A stretch of 64,000 bases of DNA from Vermamoeba vermiformis (taxonomy: Eukaryota): the NCBI GenBank assembly GCA_045837725.1, contig JBEWZL010000136.1:62001-126000 (forward strand), read 5' to 3'. Under the pieces are notes generated by a model. The model saw only the letters and a program-made list of their open reading frames with translations, ran no database searches and was not told the origin of the DNA. Both the position numbers and the translations under genes were made by a program. Positions 1 to 12,670 of this stretch are shown here, in pieces; within the stretch, counting starts at the first letter, position 1; each line of letters begins with the position of its first letter.

Positions 1-1464
1 TGGGTCGAGCCACTTCCTAATAAGGGTAAGATCTTAATATAAGCCTGTCTTAATTATTCTAAAAAGATCCGATTATTTTATTAATACATTTCCTAATCAG
101 GTTACGTCAATTTTGCTGGCAGTATATTCACCGTTCACGGCGTTGGCGGCATATTTATATATAACTGCTCATTTGGAATCGTTTCGAACAACAACTTGAA
201 CTTCACTTACGCTGATGCGATCCATCATACAGCGGTCTCAAGCAATATTCATACATTCAACAATACTATCGAAAATGCAGCTGACGATGGCATTGCCTGC
301 GTGACTTATTTGCCTTCCCCGCCAAACTACAACATTCGCTATTCTCAGAATTCGGTCAAAAATAACTGGGGAGGGCGCGGACTCACCATCATTGGCGGCG
401 ATAATATTATTATAGAAGACAACTACGTCGAGAACACGGCTAATGCTGCGATTTGGCTTGCCTCTGAGAGCAGCTACAACACTGCCGCGCCTACAAATGC
501 GATTGTCAGACGCAACACGGTGCGGTACAGTACGCTGCTGAGCAACGGCACCTGTGCGCCGACCTCACTTCCAGCGATGGGCATTGACATTGGCAACGCA
601 GAAGAGTCCCATAACATTCAGTTCGTGGATAACACTGTCGAGTACAGTTGCAATCCGATATTCAGACTCACGGGCGGACCCAACAATGACGTCACGGTCG
701 CTGGCAACACGTTCACTTCGTGTCGTGCGTACTCCGTGTACGTGACCAGCAATGTCTTGCAGTTGGATTTTATTGGCAATAAGATCGATGGTGCCGTTGA
801 CAACGCATTTGTTGGCATTAATTCACCGGACGTGGTCAATTTCGTCAACAATGAAATTTCGGATGTTTTGACTGACACGGGGCGCATTCAAGTCGTAGTC
901 TTCAATTCAGTGAATCATTTGCAGTTCACCGGCAACAATCATTCTCAAACTACAACTACTAATGCCCGAAGATACTTGGAGATTGCTTCGGCTAATGCAC
1001 TGGTCATCGACAACAATCAAAATTTGACCGTGCCACTCAGTTACGTCGTTCCAGCGAACACGAGCACATTTGCATTGCCGACTGCGACTGATTTCATCAT
1101 ACCGACATCAACTTTATCAACTGATATAGCAGCCAGTACCTTCTTAAAGTCTGCAAGCGGATCTGACTTAAAATTTGTCGTGGCGTATGGCGCTGTTGGT
1201 GGCAAAGTTGACACTTCGATCGATCGATCTACGGCGACATTTACGTTCAGTGCAGGACAAGTCAGCGGCAGCTTCAAATTTGTCGTTAAATCGGCCGATC
1301 AAAGTATCGCTGAAGCAGTGTGCAGGGTCGAAATGGTCGAGCCTCAAAATCAACCACAAAACAACGGCAATGGTGCACCTAACGCCGTGCAATCGAGTGC
1401 TTCCGTACAAAGTGCAGTATTCTCGTTGTTTTTACTGTGCATTTTTGTTGTAATTTTAGCGTAG
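1..1464 (+). CDS. 5'-truncated right-handed parallel beta-helix (pectin-lyase-fold) surface protein with C-terminal GPI/TM signal
   Basis: Exon 1-25, GT-AG intron 26-100, then a long exon in frame with ORF 196..1464. Asn-ladder beta-helix repeats (DDGIACVTY, NNWGGRGLTIIGGDNIIIEDN); ends in a Ser-rich spacer plus hydrophobic tail (SSASVQSAVFSLFLLCIFVVILA). Confidence 0.8.
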
Positions 1465-1512
1465 TAAATTTCGAACTATCGTTCTTATAAATAGACATTA
1501 AAATCCATTCTT

Positions 1513-2840
1513 TTATTGATTAGTTTTAGTCTTTCGTTCTTTTACGAAGCCAATAATTGCATAAATTTTTTGCCAAGATTCTTGATCGTCTTTCATGTAC
1601 AATTCGAGCAATCTCGTCAATATTTCGCTTGTTGTCATTGTTTCTAGAGAGATCCGTTCGTTTCCAAGCGTTTCAAAAACTTGATCGCGAGTAATTGCCG
1701 AGATCGGTTTCATTAGATACGCTAAAAGTGTACGGAAGATCGCTTGCGACTCTGATTCGGGATCTAACGAAATTTCCTTGATATCTGTCCATTTCAATAC
1801 TTTTATAACAGATTGGTTAGGGACGGCCAGATCCATATTTCCGCGAAACAGCGTTCGTACAATTCGCTCGTTTGCTTCAATATTTCCATACGGCTCAAAA
1901 AATAGATTGCATGATCTTCCTTCCTCTTTAATATTAAAGTCTTCCATATAAGCTGTATGATCAACTTGCGTACGTTCAATTCCAATTCTAGAAAAGTCAG
2001 AGCAATAATAGCATTCAATAATCGTATATTTTGAGGTTTGGCTGGTCAACATAATCGCAAGAACCTATTAATACATTAATATCAATATTAACAAAAAAAA
2101 AGCACTTACAAGTTTCCAATTCGCGGCCATCAAGGTCAGTGTCGTCAATTTGATGAATGTACGGACAGTTAACACCTAAAAAAACAGCTACAATTAGATT
2201 AAGATACTAATAATGGAATATACCTATAACGACAATTCTATCCAGTAAAGGACGTAGCAGCGGCGAGATCCGTTCCGCTAAAGTGCGGATGTGGTACCGT
2301 TGTAGCTGTGTAAGGGCCTCATATTGCATACTAGCAAGTTCCTCGTAAAAATCATCATCTTCTTTTGGTCCATATAATTTCATAATCGAATAAAAGAAAC
2401 CTAGCAACCATTGGATGTACCAGTTAGCTAAGGTTTAAATAAAAGAATGCTTACTTTGTTCACTTAGTGCTTCTTTTAATATATTTACATGTTTTCCGTT
2501 AATATTTTCAGGATTGATAGCTATCAAATAGAATTGCAAGATCAGTACCTGAGTTGCAAGATCTAACTTTATCGTTCTTACCGTAAGTATTTTGTATTCT
2601 GTTGTTAAATATGGCTAATGAGAACGAATATATTCTTTTTGATACGAAAAAGGTGCGCAGGAGTGCAGGATAATCTAAGTGTTCCAAGATCACTCTGATG
2701 CAGTCTTCCGGAAGACCACAATACGGCTCATCGTTTTGATTAATATTAATATCAAGTTCGGTCGTTGATTTTTGCCTTTTAGTGGGTGGTGCATCTTGTT
2801 GTGTCTCGCTTGAGGAAGATAATTTTCGTTTGGATGACAT
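1513..2840 (-). CDS. F-box domain protein (multi-exon)
   Basis: Start MSSKRK at 2840; F-box motif LPEDCIRVILEHLDYPALLRTFFVSKRIY; further exons in ORFs 2207-2407 and 1513-2052 separated by GT-AG introns. Confidence 0.7.
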
Positions 2841-3455
2841 CTGAAAATTAATTTTAATTGATGGCATTAAAAAGAGCAAATATAAGTTCTACGATAATTA
2901 TCGTAATAATTTATGAATATTTGTCGAGTATGCCGTTTAAAAGTTGTGGATTGACAACCTACAACGATTTTTTTACCTTAATTCCTCAGGAACGAATTTT
3001 AGCTGCTAAATTTTATCGCTGTAGATGATAAAGCCGTACTCGTTTGAGGTTTGAGATAGGTCAAGTAAATAAATAAACAAAAAATCTGGTTTTGGCGGTA
3101 AATCTTCGGAATAGACCGGTCTCCCTTCGGAGTAGGATTATCAATTGTATTCTATCGGTCTCGCAGTTACGGCGCTAAATAAGTGACGATGAAACGTGAT
3201 GCTGCTTTAAAATTAGAACAATTCAGCGACAGAATTTTCCCTAAGAATTGCGAATCAATAATTTAATTAAATCAGTCGCCGAGTTGCCGGTAAACAGTAT
3301 CTCCACGTCCATCAACGTTCTACCACCACGGGAAACACGTGAGTCATTTTAATATCTAACCTCGGACAATTAAATTTTTTAGCACGTGCTGAGATCGCAG
3401 CATTTTCTATTGTTTTGCTTGGGCTTTTTAACCTATCCGTAATACATAGAGCATA

Positions 3456-6400
3456 ATGGAAGTGAACTTAGAAGACAAATCTAAAGAGGATTTGATAGCG
3501 GAGGTTCATAAACTACGTCAGATCATTTCCGAAAACGAAACGAGATGGAAGCAAGATCGCTATGCAGGCGTTTGCTTGGAGAATATGTATCAATTTGTGG
3601 GTCTATTGGATATAGAGGGCCGATTATTAGGCGCAAATCAACCCGCGTTGCGCGCCGGTGGGTTGACTCTGGCCGAGATTCAAGGTGTTTACTTTTGGTA
3701 AGCGATTTTATGGCTTATTTCACTATCATATATTGATATTGTACTTGATATTTTTAGTGTACTAAGGGTCGTTATTTTAGACCCTTGAGACTCGCAATTT
3801 ACAACTTTAATGACGTAAATTATCTTCAAATAATACACTAAGCATTTAAAATAATTATTTGCAACAAAATAGGGTATTATTTAGTGACTCAAGTATATTA
3901 TTATTCAGCAAAAATTAATGGCTTTTCATGCAGGGACACTCATTGGTTTTCGACATCCCAAGAAAGTATTGACCAGTTGAAGGTCTCTTTTGCCGAGGCT
4001 TTGCGCGAGAAGAAGTTCATTCGCTACGAGGTCGACGTATATGCAAGACAGAAAGGTGCAGAGATCACTACAATCGATTTTTCGTTGCTTCCGGTGTTAG
4101 ATCCACAAGACAACAGCAAAGTGGTTTACGTCGTTGCTGAAGGACGCGATATTATGGAGAAGAAGAAGGCAGAAGCTGAAATTGTGCGAAAGAATCAAGA
4201 ATTACAGGATCTCTATGACAAGATCAAGGTAAGCGAAATAGTTTTATGAAATCCGAAACTAGTTTGCAGTAATTTCACGTTCAATCTATGGTAAATGCCC
4301 GATTATTGCTTGATCTATTATTATTGGTGCCACGTAATGAATCACATCTCGATAAAGGCAGTTTAAAGTCGCGTGCTAAAATTGCATCCCAAAAAACACC
4401 TTATTTAGACTTTCGTGGTTTACAACCCCAATAACTGTATTTAACTGTTGCAATTATGATATGCTCTTGCATCATAATTATGGCCTTTTACAGATTTTTG
4501 TTTTATTTTTTCGTTTTTTTTTAGTGGATCTGACTCCTTTTTAGGAATTGGATGAATCGAAGAGCATGTTCGTGGCAAATATCAGTCATGAGCTTAGAAC
4601 ACCTCTGGCACTGATTCTAGGATTGACTGAAAAGGTCCTCTGCTCTGATGATGCGAAAGAATGGGATCCCGACAATACTAAATCATTGGAGACTGTTATT
4701 GATAACGCTAATATTTTGCTCAAGGTAGGTATTATTTACTCAATATACACAGGCCGTTTCAAGGCTATATTTTTCGATCTCTTTCGAGAAACGTTTCCTT
4801 CGGAGATTTTCAATTTCGATTTCTTTTAGCTAGCTGCCTATAATTAGAAATCAACCAGTCTTTATGACATATTTCAAATTATGGCCTCGTTGACATTAAT
4901 TAAAGCGAATTGTTACGCGTCAACGAGTTAACGGGGCTCGGCAATTTTACCTATTTAGGCAATTCGCACTCGGACCTAACTTAATGCTATTTTTAGCACG
5001 TAAACGACTTGCTGGACATCTCTAAGCTAGAGGCATCCGAAATGCGCGTACATTATTTGAATACGAACGTCTCTGATTTCGTGGATCGACTCGCATCTTA
5101 CTTCGAGATCTTGGCAAACTCGCAACGAGTGAGCTTTAGCGTCAAGACTACACCTTCATTCACCGCACAATTGGATCACGATAAAATGGAGAAAATCGTT
5201 TTGAACTTGTTATCAAACGCGTTCAAATTTACGCCACCAGGAGGCAACATCTCATTGACAGTTCGAAAGACGAAAAGTCCTAGCGCAGTTGTTCCTCGTG
5301 GCGCATTTGAAATAGTCGTAGCGGATTCTGGACCTGGCATTCCAGCTGATAAGCGGTAAGTGCATCCAACCAAAACAAACAAGGCTATTTTTGTCTTTTC
5401 CATTTGCTATATGAAGCTTATTTCCGAAGTATATTTTGGTTTTATTTCATAAATTTAAATTATCATACAAATAAGGCTAATTGAATTGGTTTTAAGGGAG
5501 CTGATCTTTGAGCGGTTCCGTCAAATTGAAGGCAGCGCAAACAGAACGCATGGTGGAACTGGCTTGGGCTTAGCCATCGTCAATGAGTTCATTAATATTC
5601 TTGACGGAACGATTGAAGTCAGCGAGTCACAATGGGGAGGTGAGTTTTCGCTAATTTTTAAAAAGCTGGATCCGTTCCGATCCGGGCTAAAAAGACGTTT
5701 ATTAAGAACCGAAGAAATTGTGCGGAGGTATACGTACCTCGTGTATTAATCATTTTGATCCAATTAGGCGCCAAAATGACAGTGACTTTACCTATAAACG
5801 CACCAGAAGGAACTGTAGTCGAAGACACTCATGCCCCTGAAACAGCTCAACAGTAAGATTAATAGAAGTGCGATATATAATATGCTAATAGTACGTTTAG
5901 ATCATCGAAATCAATTCAATCTGCAGTCACTGGACGCGTTAAGCAAACCCTTGCGGATTTGACTCAGCACTTGCACACAATCGCGTCCTTGTCCGATGAT
6001 ACTGATAGCGATGTCTTGGATAGATTCGATAATAGTCCCACTACGCCTCTTAACTTGAAGAAATACGAACCAGTGGATGTGGTACGTGAATTCGTCGGAA
6101 TTGACAAGTTTCATAACCTAACGCGTTGTTGCACGAATAGGCTGAGGAAGATAGGCCTCTAGTACTGGTTGTTGAAGACAATCAATCGTTGAATGATTAC
6201 CTGTGCGATCTACTCCGAACCGAGTACCGCGTGATGGGTGCTAACAACGGCAAACAAGGATTGGCCAAAGCACTTAAACACCATCCTGACTGCATCATAT
6301 CGGGTACGTCTATAGTTATAATATATTATTACTTAATATTGACGGAGATAATAATTATGCTTATTAAATTTGACACGCACTACAAATTTAGCAAATTCTA

Positions 6401-7014
6401 AATTATTTAGTTTTCTTTCATTCACTCACAATTGTCGCGTAAAAATGTCGGCGGGGTACTTACGATTTTTACGGCAGATGTCATGATGCCTATCATGAGC
6501 GGAGACCAAATGGTCCGCGAGATTCGGAGCCATTCGGAATTAGATGCGGTGCCGATTATGCTGCTTACCGCGAAAGCCGATGATACTACCAAGTATAATC
6601 TACTACAAGGCGGAGTCCAGGAGTATTTGAGCAAGCCATTCAAAGCAGAGGTACGTCGCGCGACAGTGTCGGTTAAAATGGATCCGCATCTCAGATGTTG
6701 GGCACATTTATCCGATAATTGAAAAGATACGGGTGCAATATCCGTATGATCTATTATACGCAGAATATCATTTATATAAGAAACTACAATTTAAGTCCAC
6801 GTGTTTGGTACTTTTATCCATACCAGACATACTCACGAGTTATTTATAGGACGTATTGCTGCGAGTGCGCAATCTAGTGTCTATTCGCCTTACATTTTTG
6901 TCTTTACGTCAGTCGTTGAACGAACGGAACAAGGATCTTAAAGAATTACTTGAAGATCTAACGGTTTTGTTTGGTCGGGATACGCTGATTAGTAAAATAG
7001 AAGAACAACGATAG
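3456..7014 (+). CDS. Soluble hybrid sensor histidine kinase PAS-HisKA-HATPase_c-REC, TodS/StyS/TutC-like
   Basis: About 10 exons. PAS (YQFVGLLD...GGLTLAEIQG...DFSLLP...AEGRDI), H-box SHELRTPL, N-box NLLSNAFKFT, G1 DSGPGIP, G2 GGTGLGLAIV, REC (LVVEDN...DVMMPIMSG...LTAK...SKPF). Last exon 6850-7014 ends EEQR*. Confidence 0.9.
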
Positions 7015-7533
7015 CTAACTGAATAAAAACAAAACAAATTAAGAGCTTGTAAATAAATCCTTATCCGTTGTATAAAATAAATAGAATTCCCAAACCAGAT
7101 CACAATCTCGCCGTTTCAAACACAAATGCATTATTGAATCAATGGACGTTATTGAGTGAGACACTAACCGCTTTGTCGGGCCTAATGCGAATAGTTCAAA
7201 TAAATTTGTACGCGTCGTCATCAAAGACTCGAAAACACGAAAGAAAAGAAAAAAGTTCCAAAAGACCCAACAACACTGGAAAAAGTCAGGGACTTGGGGT
7301 AAAATTTGGCTTACGTCGCTTGTACTCTTTCCATATTTAGAAAAGTTACCCGGTCAAACTTGGTCAACCCATCCAAATCAATAAAAGAAAATTCTCGAGC
7401 AGTTCTTGTCATTCCTTCAAACGTAACTAAACAACACGAAACATAAGTGTTATTTACTACAACCAAGCGCAGCAAACAGCACTTGCCTATCATAAAGTTC
7501 ACGCAGAATTCTAAATCTTCAAACCAAATCGCG

Positions 7534-7767
7534 ATGACCTCACTCACCCCTCAACTCACCCAATTAAACACCATTAAAGAAGAAGACCGAAATTACTTCC
7601 TCAAGTACGGTCGAATGCCCAAGACTGGTCCCTCACGCAAGCGCACAAAGTACTTCGACAGTGCGGACAGGGAGATCGAGAAGGCTCGCCTCCGAAACAA
7701 GCCCGAATTGAAGCCAATCTCCGAGAGTACTGAAGCTTCTCCACGAACAAGCTCCATTGCCGTTTAA
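7534..7767 (+). CDS. Endosulfine/ARPP-19 (Igo) family PP2A-B55 inhibitor
   Basis: 77-aa ORF containing KYG-x-MPK...KRTKYFDSAD, the Greatwall/Rim15 phosphorylation motif (FDS[GA]D). Confidence 0.75.
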   Translation: MTSLTPQLTQLNTIKEEDRNYFLKYGRMPKTGPSRKRTKYFDSADREIEKARLRNKPELKPISESTEASPRTSSIAV

Positions 7768-8287
7768 AACAACGCTGTAGATAGTCGTAGTCTTTTGTAC
7801 ATAGCCGGCGGATTCAAAGTTTTTTCGCAGTATTTATTTTCCTTGAAATTGTATTTATAGTGTAATAATAAACTCGGATGGCGATTTAATTTAAAATGAG
7901 TACCATAGTCGCGCTACCTTAAAATTTGTGTTCGTGTCACCCTTTTCGGGCCGCGATCAAAACCAGCAGTTACAGTTTTCAGACTTTTAACCTATATAGC
8001 GTGAAAGGCCAGTAGGAATCCAATCTAATCAAGCGTAGTAAGCGTGGGTATGAAAGTCTTCCTACATTAAGGAGAAAACGCAATCTTAAGCGAAAATTGC
8101 GAGTGATTTCACTAAACAATCGCCAAGACTCGCGATGCATCTAGAAGATCGGAGGCTCCGTAAGTTCAGTTAAAGTCCTGTTTCTACGACTATTCTGAAT
8201 GATTTTCGCTCGATCAAGCGGGATTTTTGCTTTAAAAATAGACCCGAACATAAACGGCAACAGATCTGAAAAGGCAACTAGCACGCG

Positions 8288-10908
8288 ATGGTGAGTTCAT
8301 CATTCTTGTTCATTGTAGGACGTTAAAGTGATTGAGTACATAGAGTCGGCGGAGTTCTAGAGTAGCATCCACACCTCGATCAAGCGGTCGTCGGAGAAGA
8401 GATGGTAAAGCATTAAAATAATATTATAAATTATTCTGTGGTTATTTACACATCAAAGATGACGAAGATACGCTAAATTAATGGCTTTGATGTCCAAGTC
8501 GATTTACATCTGAAAATTTCAGTTTCAAACACAAGAAAAATAGATTCGTCATCTATTAGATTATGTATGCACATCAATATAATTTTTATAATTTTTATTG
8601 TGATTTATTTCGACACTAACTTTATTTCAAGACGACGAAATAGATGACAGCGAAGAAGATGAGCAAGATCTGAGCGGCGATGAGGATATTGACGACGAAA
8701 ATGGCTATAATAAACAATATGACGATAGAGACGAAGATGAAGGTAAGTAGATCTTCCCTCATACAAAAATAGCGGCGTTTTAAAACGGTAAAATTTTATT
8801 CTTGGGCGCAGTATTAATGCAAACATTATTTCTTATGCAGAAAGTGACGATAATATTCACGAAAATAAGCAAAATGATTCTATGGACATAGTCAACGAAG
8901 ACGATGAAAAAGGAAACAAAGACGATGCTAATATTTCAAAAGAAGAGCTTTTTGCACGAGCAGTGCGTGATACAGCATTTTTTAACGCACGATTGCAGGC
9001 AGATAAATATTCTAAGACGCCATTTTACTTCGATCCGAACACGCGAACGTTTCAGGTACATCCAGTACCACTCAGTTACTACTCGCTTATAACATATATA
9101 TAACCATTGCTATTATTATAGTCAATCTATAGCTATCGAATTCGAGGCCCTTATGATCCTGAGAACAAAAAACCCGTGCCAAATGGTTATCGTCCACTAG
9201 GTACTTTGCGCAAATTTTTCTACTTAGAGTGCGATCTAATTGTTCCACAGAAACAAATCGATCACAGAAGCCGACACTAGACACATATATTTCACAATTA
9301 AGACAAGAAAAGAATAAGACGGGCAAATATTTTACGCAGTTAAGACAGCTGCTCGAACAACACGAAGATTTTCAATTGCAAGCGTACCAATGCTATCTCG
9401 ATTATCAACAAGCACAACATGCACATCAAAAAGCCGTTGTGCACTTGAACGAAAGTTTAAGTCACACTCGTGATTATGAAGACGCTCCGGAACAAATTCC
9501 GTTGTGGATCCAGTCACGAACCGAAGAAAAAAACATGAAATTGGCGAAACAAAAGTTGATTCAGTACCAGCTTATGATTCAGCAACTACAACCTAAAATC
9601 ACGCAAGTTTACAACATTCTGTTCCCTGGTGTTAATCCAACAGTGAATGCCAATCAATTGACCGCGCCGAATGTTTTGCCCGCGTCAGCAGCTGGAGGCA
9701 TCACGCCGGCCCATTTAATGTCATCTAATCTCCGCAACCAACTCGCTAAGATGAAGAACATGCCTATCTCAGTACGTAGATACCCTTGTCAGGTCTATTA
9801 TGATCATACTAATACTGTTTATGACGCAGAGAAGGAAAGGTGAACGCGAGTCAAGTCGGCTGGGCAAAAGAGGCTTAGAATCGGACGAGGTCAGTGGTGA
9901 AGAGTCCAGTCAACAGCCAGCTAAACGACGAAAGCTTGAAGTGCCTACGTGTGCTGATTGCGATAAGCAGAAGAACGAAGAAATGCTCGAGTGTTCCGGT
10001 ACGAAAATTATTCTTAGAAAAATCAATCTGATTTACTACGGTCTCAAAACTGAGGCTAACGAATACGATGCTTATGCTGTTCATGATATTAATATTCTTG
10101 TATCTTAGAATGCGGTTCGTTCCACCATCCGAGTTGTCTTGGTTTGTCCAAGTCAACGCTCCGTAAGGTTCATACGTACAAATGGAAGTGCAGCAATTGC
10201 AAAGTGTGCGAGAAGTGTAATAGCTCGGGCATCGAAGACAAGTTGTTGTTCTGCGACTATTGCGACAAAGCTTATCATACTTATTGCTTGGATCCGCCTC
10301 TCGATAAGCTGCCAGACGGTAAGAAATTGGTATAAGAAAGATACCGAATAGGATATTAATGAATTTTGTATTTAGGCGAATGGATTTGCTCCGAGTGCAT
10401 GGGCGAGTACTTGAAGAACAAAGAAAAGTTGAGGATTTTGCGCGAGAAGACCGCAGCGCGAAGAGCAGCCGCTAAAGCTAAGAAAATGGCGAAGAAAAAG
10501 GGCGCATCGAGCAGATCTAGACGAAAGACTAAAAAGGAAACTGACGAGAAAGATAGCGATGAAGAAGAGGATCTGGAGAAGAGCGAAGGAGACAAAGAAG
10601 AAGATGACGATGATGAACAAGATGAAGAAGAGGCTAGTACCAAACCTACTAAGAAAGACGATGAAAAGTCGTTGACCGGAACGGAAGAAAGCGATGAGGG
10701 ATTTGAAGATCCGGAAACAGCCGCGAAAATCGCTCTCAACTTGCTATCCGACGCTGCAGTAGGGTCTTTAAACCGATCTCCTACTAAAGAGCGCCAATCT
10801 GTCAGCGATGACGAAGGAGTCGTTCCGATCAAATCCGAAACAGAAAAAGTGGAAGAAAAGAAGTCATTGAAAGTCGTTGTACGAAGACTATTGCCTGCAA
10901 AGAAGTAA
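8288..10908 (+). CDS. PHF10/DPF-like double-PHD-finger chromatin protein
   Basis: ATG at 8288 directly followed by a gtgag donor; acidic N-terminal exons; FFNARLQ...YFDPNTRTFQ segment resembles the PHF10 SAY region; tandem PHD (CADC...CSEC..HHPSCL...WKCSNCKVCEKC...LLFCDYCDKAYHTYCLDPPL...GEWICSEC); acidic/basic tail. Confidence 0.75.
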
Positions 10909-11118
10909 AGTGAGGTCCATTTTTAGCAAATAGATCGTAATCTCGAGAATCTTGGCCTCTAGAACTCGAAGAAAATTAAGGAGGATTTGGTCGACAGCGC
11001 GAGAGAGCCGGATCAGCCTTACCAAGTAATTGCAATATTTTATTTACATATATTAAGCCATATTCACATATTCTACATGATATTGCAAATTGACTTTCGC
11101 AGATCGACCTGAAATTTT

Positions 11119-11510
11119 TTATCCGAGCTTGGTGCTGGTCTTGATGTCCTTGTAAGGGGTTGTCGAGCCGCCAGCTTTGTCTTGCATTCCTTTGATGCCT
11201 TTATCGACCTTATCCTTAAGGTTTTGAGCACTAGAATTCTCGGTCAGATCTAAATTTTATTCAATTTCAAAATTGAAAACGTACCCTTCCTTCATGTTAC
11301 TGCCAATATTCTCCGCATTATCCTTCATTTCGTGCATAGTATTTTTAGCGTCGGCTTTCATATTGCTTGCGGCGGTATTAGTCTTATTTCTGTTCATAAA
11401 CCAATACGCTACAACAAAGGTTAGCGGATGTAGCTTTCAAAACTTCAAGACATACCCAGGATGCCTCCTGCAGCGGCAATACCGAGCAAAGTTCTGTTAT
11501 TGTAGTTCAT
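11119..11510 (-). CDS. Small N-anchored hydrophilic protein (LEA/YtxH-like), paralog 1
   Basis: Three exons with GT-AG introns: MNYNNRTLLGIAAAGGILAYWFMNRNK...ADAKNTMHEMKDNAENIGSNMKEGAQNLKDKVDKGIKGMQDK...KLG*. Confidence 0.7.
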
Positions 11511-11793
11511 TGTGTTTGTGTTGTTGTAAGTAATGAGATGAAATTTGGTAATTTGTTCGATCGGCTTTTATTGCTTGAAATTTATAATCGTGGTGCAATA
11601 TATGCACGAGATGTCAAATCAATAGAGGATTCGTACCCACGTAATCTTTTTGGTATGAGTGTACGTAAGATCTCGAAGCATCGCTCTGGATCCCTCCTTT
11701 TTTTCGAATATTCAGTTTATTACTTATAATTAAGGTACATAATGACTGCTCAAATGGCAAGGCATTATAGGTAAGGCTACCGATCGGGTTGGG

Positions 11794-12039
11794 TTAAACT
11801 TTGCGAGTATCGTGAGCACTTGGATGCGCTGCGTTGTAGGCATCGACGTGAGTGAGGGTTTCAGCTTTTTTAGCTTTGCTACGTTTAATGAGGTAGTATC
11901 CTATTGAAAGTTTGTTAATAGCTCATTCCAGGCAACATGTACTTTAAATTGAAAGTTTTTCCAACTTGCCTAAAATTCCACCAACAGCCGCAGCGGCTAA
12001 AATCATATTATTTTTCTTTGCAGCAGGAGTCGCGTTCAT
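11794..12039 (-). CDS. Small N-anchored microprotein, paralog 2
   Basis: MNATPAAKKNNMILAAAAVGGIL|GYYLIKRSKAKKAETLTHVDAYNAAHPSAHDTRKV*; intron 11901-11969 (GC-AG) lies at the same position as the first intron of both neighbours. Confidence 0.6.
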
Positions 12040-12253
12040 TTTTCGAGATGTTGTTTGCTATTAGAATGGCTATGCAAGAATAACAGACCGAGTTGTCTGC
12101 TTTTAAACTTGAGTATTTGGAATAGACGTCCATGATTTAAGAAAATAAGGTTATATTTGGAATAAATAAGCATGTGCGCAACGAAAACACGTAGTAATTT
12201 GGAAAAAAGAGATTTATTAAGACAAATTTACGCGATTGAGATTAGATCCGGTC

Positions 12254-12670
12254 TTATTTGTTCTTCATGGCGTTTGAGGCCTTGTCTTTAGCCTCAGTGA
12301 CTTTATTCTCGACCTTTGACTTCATAGTTGATGCACTATTAATGAAATCACGATAAGTACATGATTTTGCCACATCCGAAATTAATTTCAATTTTCAATT
12401 TCAATTTTAAAGCCTTACCTATCCTTAATATTGGAGCCAACATTTTCAGCAGCGTCTTTCATGTCACTCATAGCATGTTTAGCGTCTTTGCGAGCGTGTT
12501 CTAAGTCGCGTTTGGCTCGCATGTTCTTGTTGCGATTGTACATCCAATAACCTACGTTTAAATCGCTTAGCATTGCTTCAATAAGCAAATACTATCATAA
12601 TAATGAGCTTACCAAGGATACCACCGGCAGCGGCGAGGCCGAGAATAGTTCTGTTGCTCATTATGCTCAT
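12254..12670 (-). CDS. Small N-anchored hydrophilic protein (LEA/YtxH-like), paralog 3
   Basis: Three exons: MSIMSNRTILGLAAAGGILGYWMYNRNKN...ARKDAKHAMSDMKDAAENVGSNIKDSASTMKSKVENKVTEAKDKASNAMKNK*. Confidence 0.7.

Noticed and set aside
3456-7014. Bacterial contamination as the explanation for the TodS-like kinase
   Set aside because: The gene is interrupted by about 9 canonical GT-AG introns and is flanked by eukaryote-specific genes (F-box, endosulfine, PHD finger).
10356-10832. 158-aa Ser-rich minus-strand ORF
   Set aside because: Antisense shadow of the low-complexity acidic/basic last exon of the PHD-finger gene.
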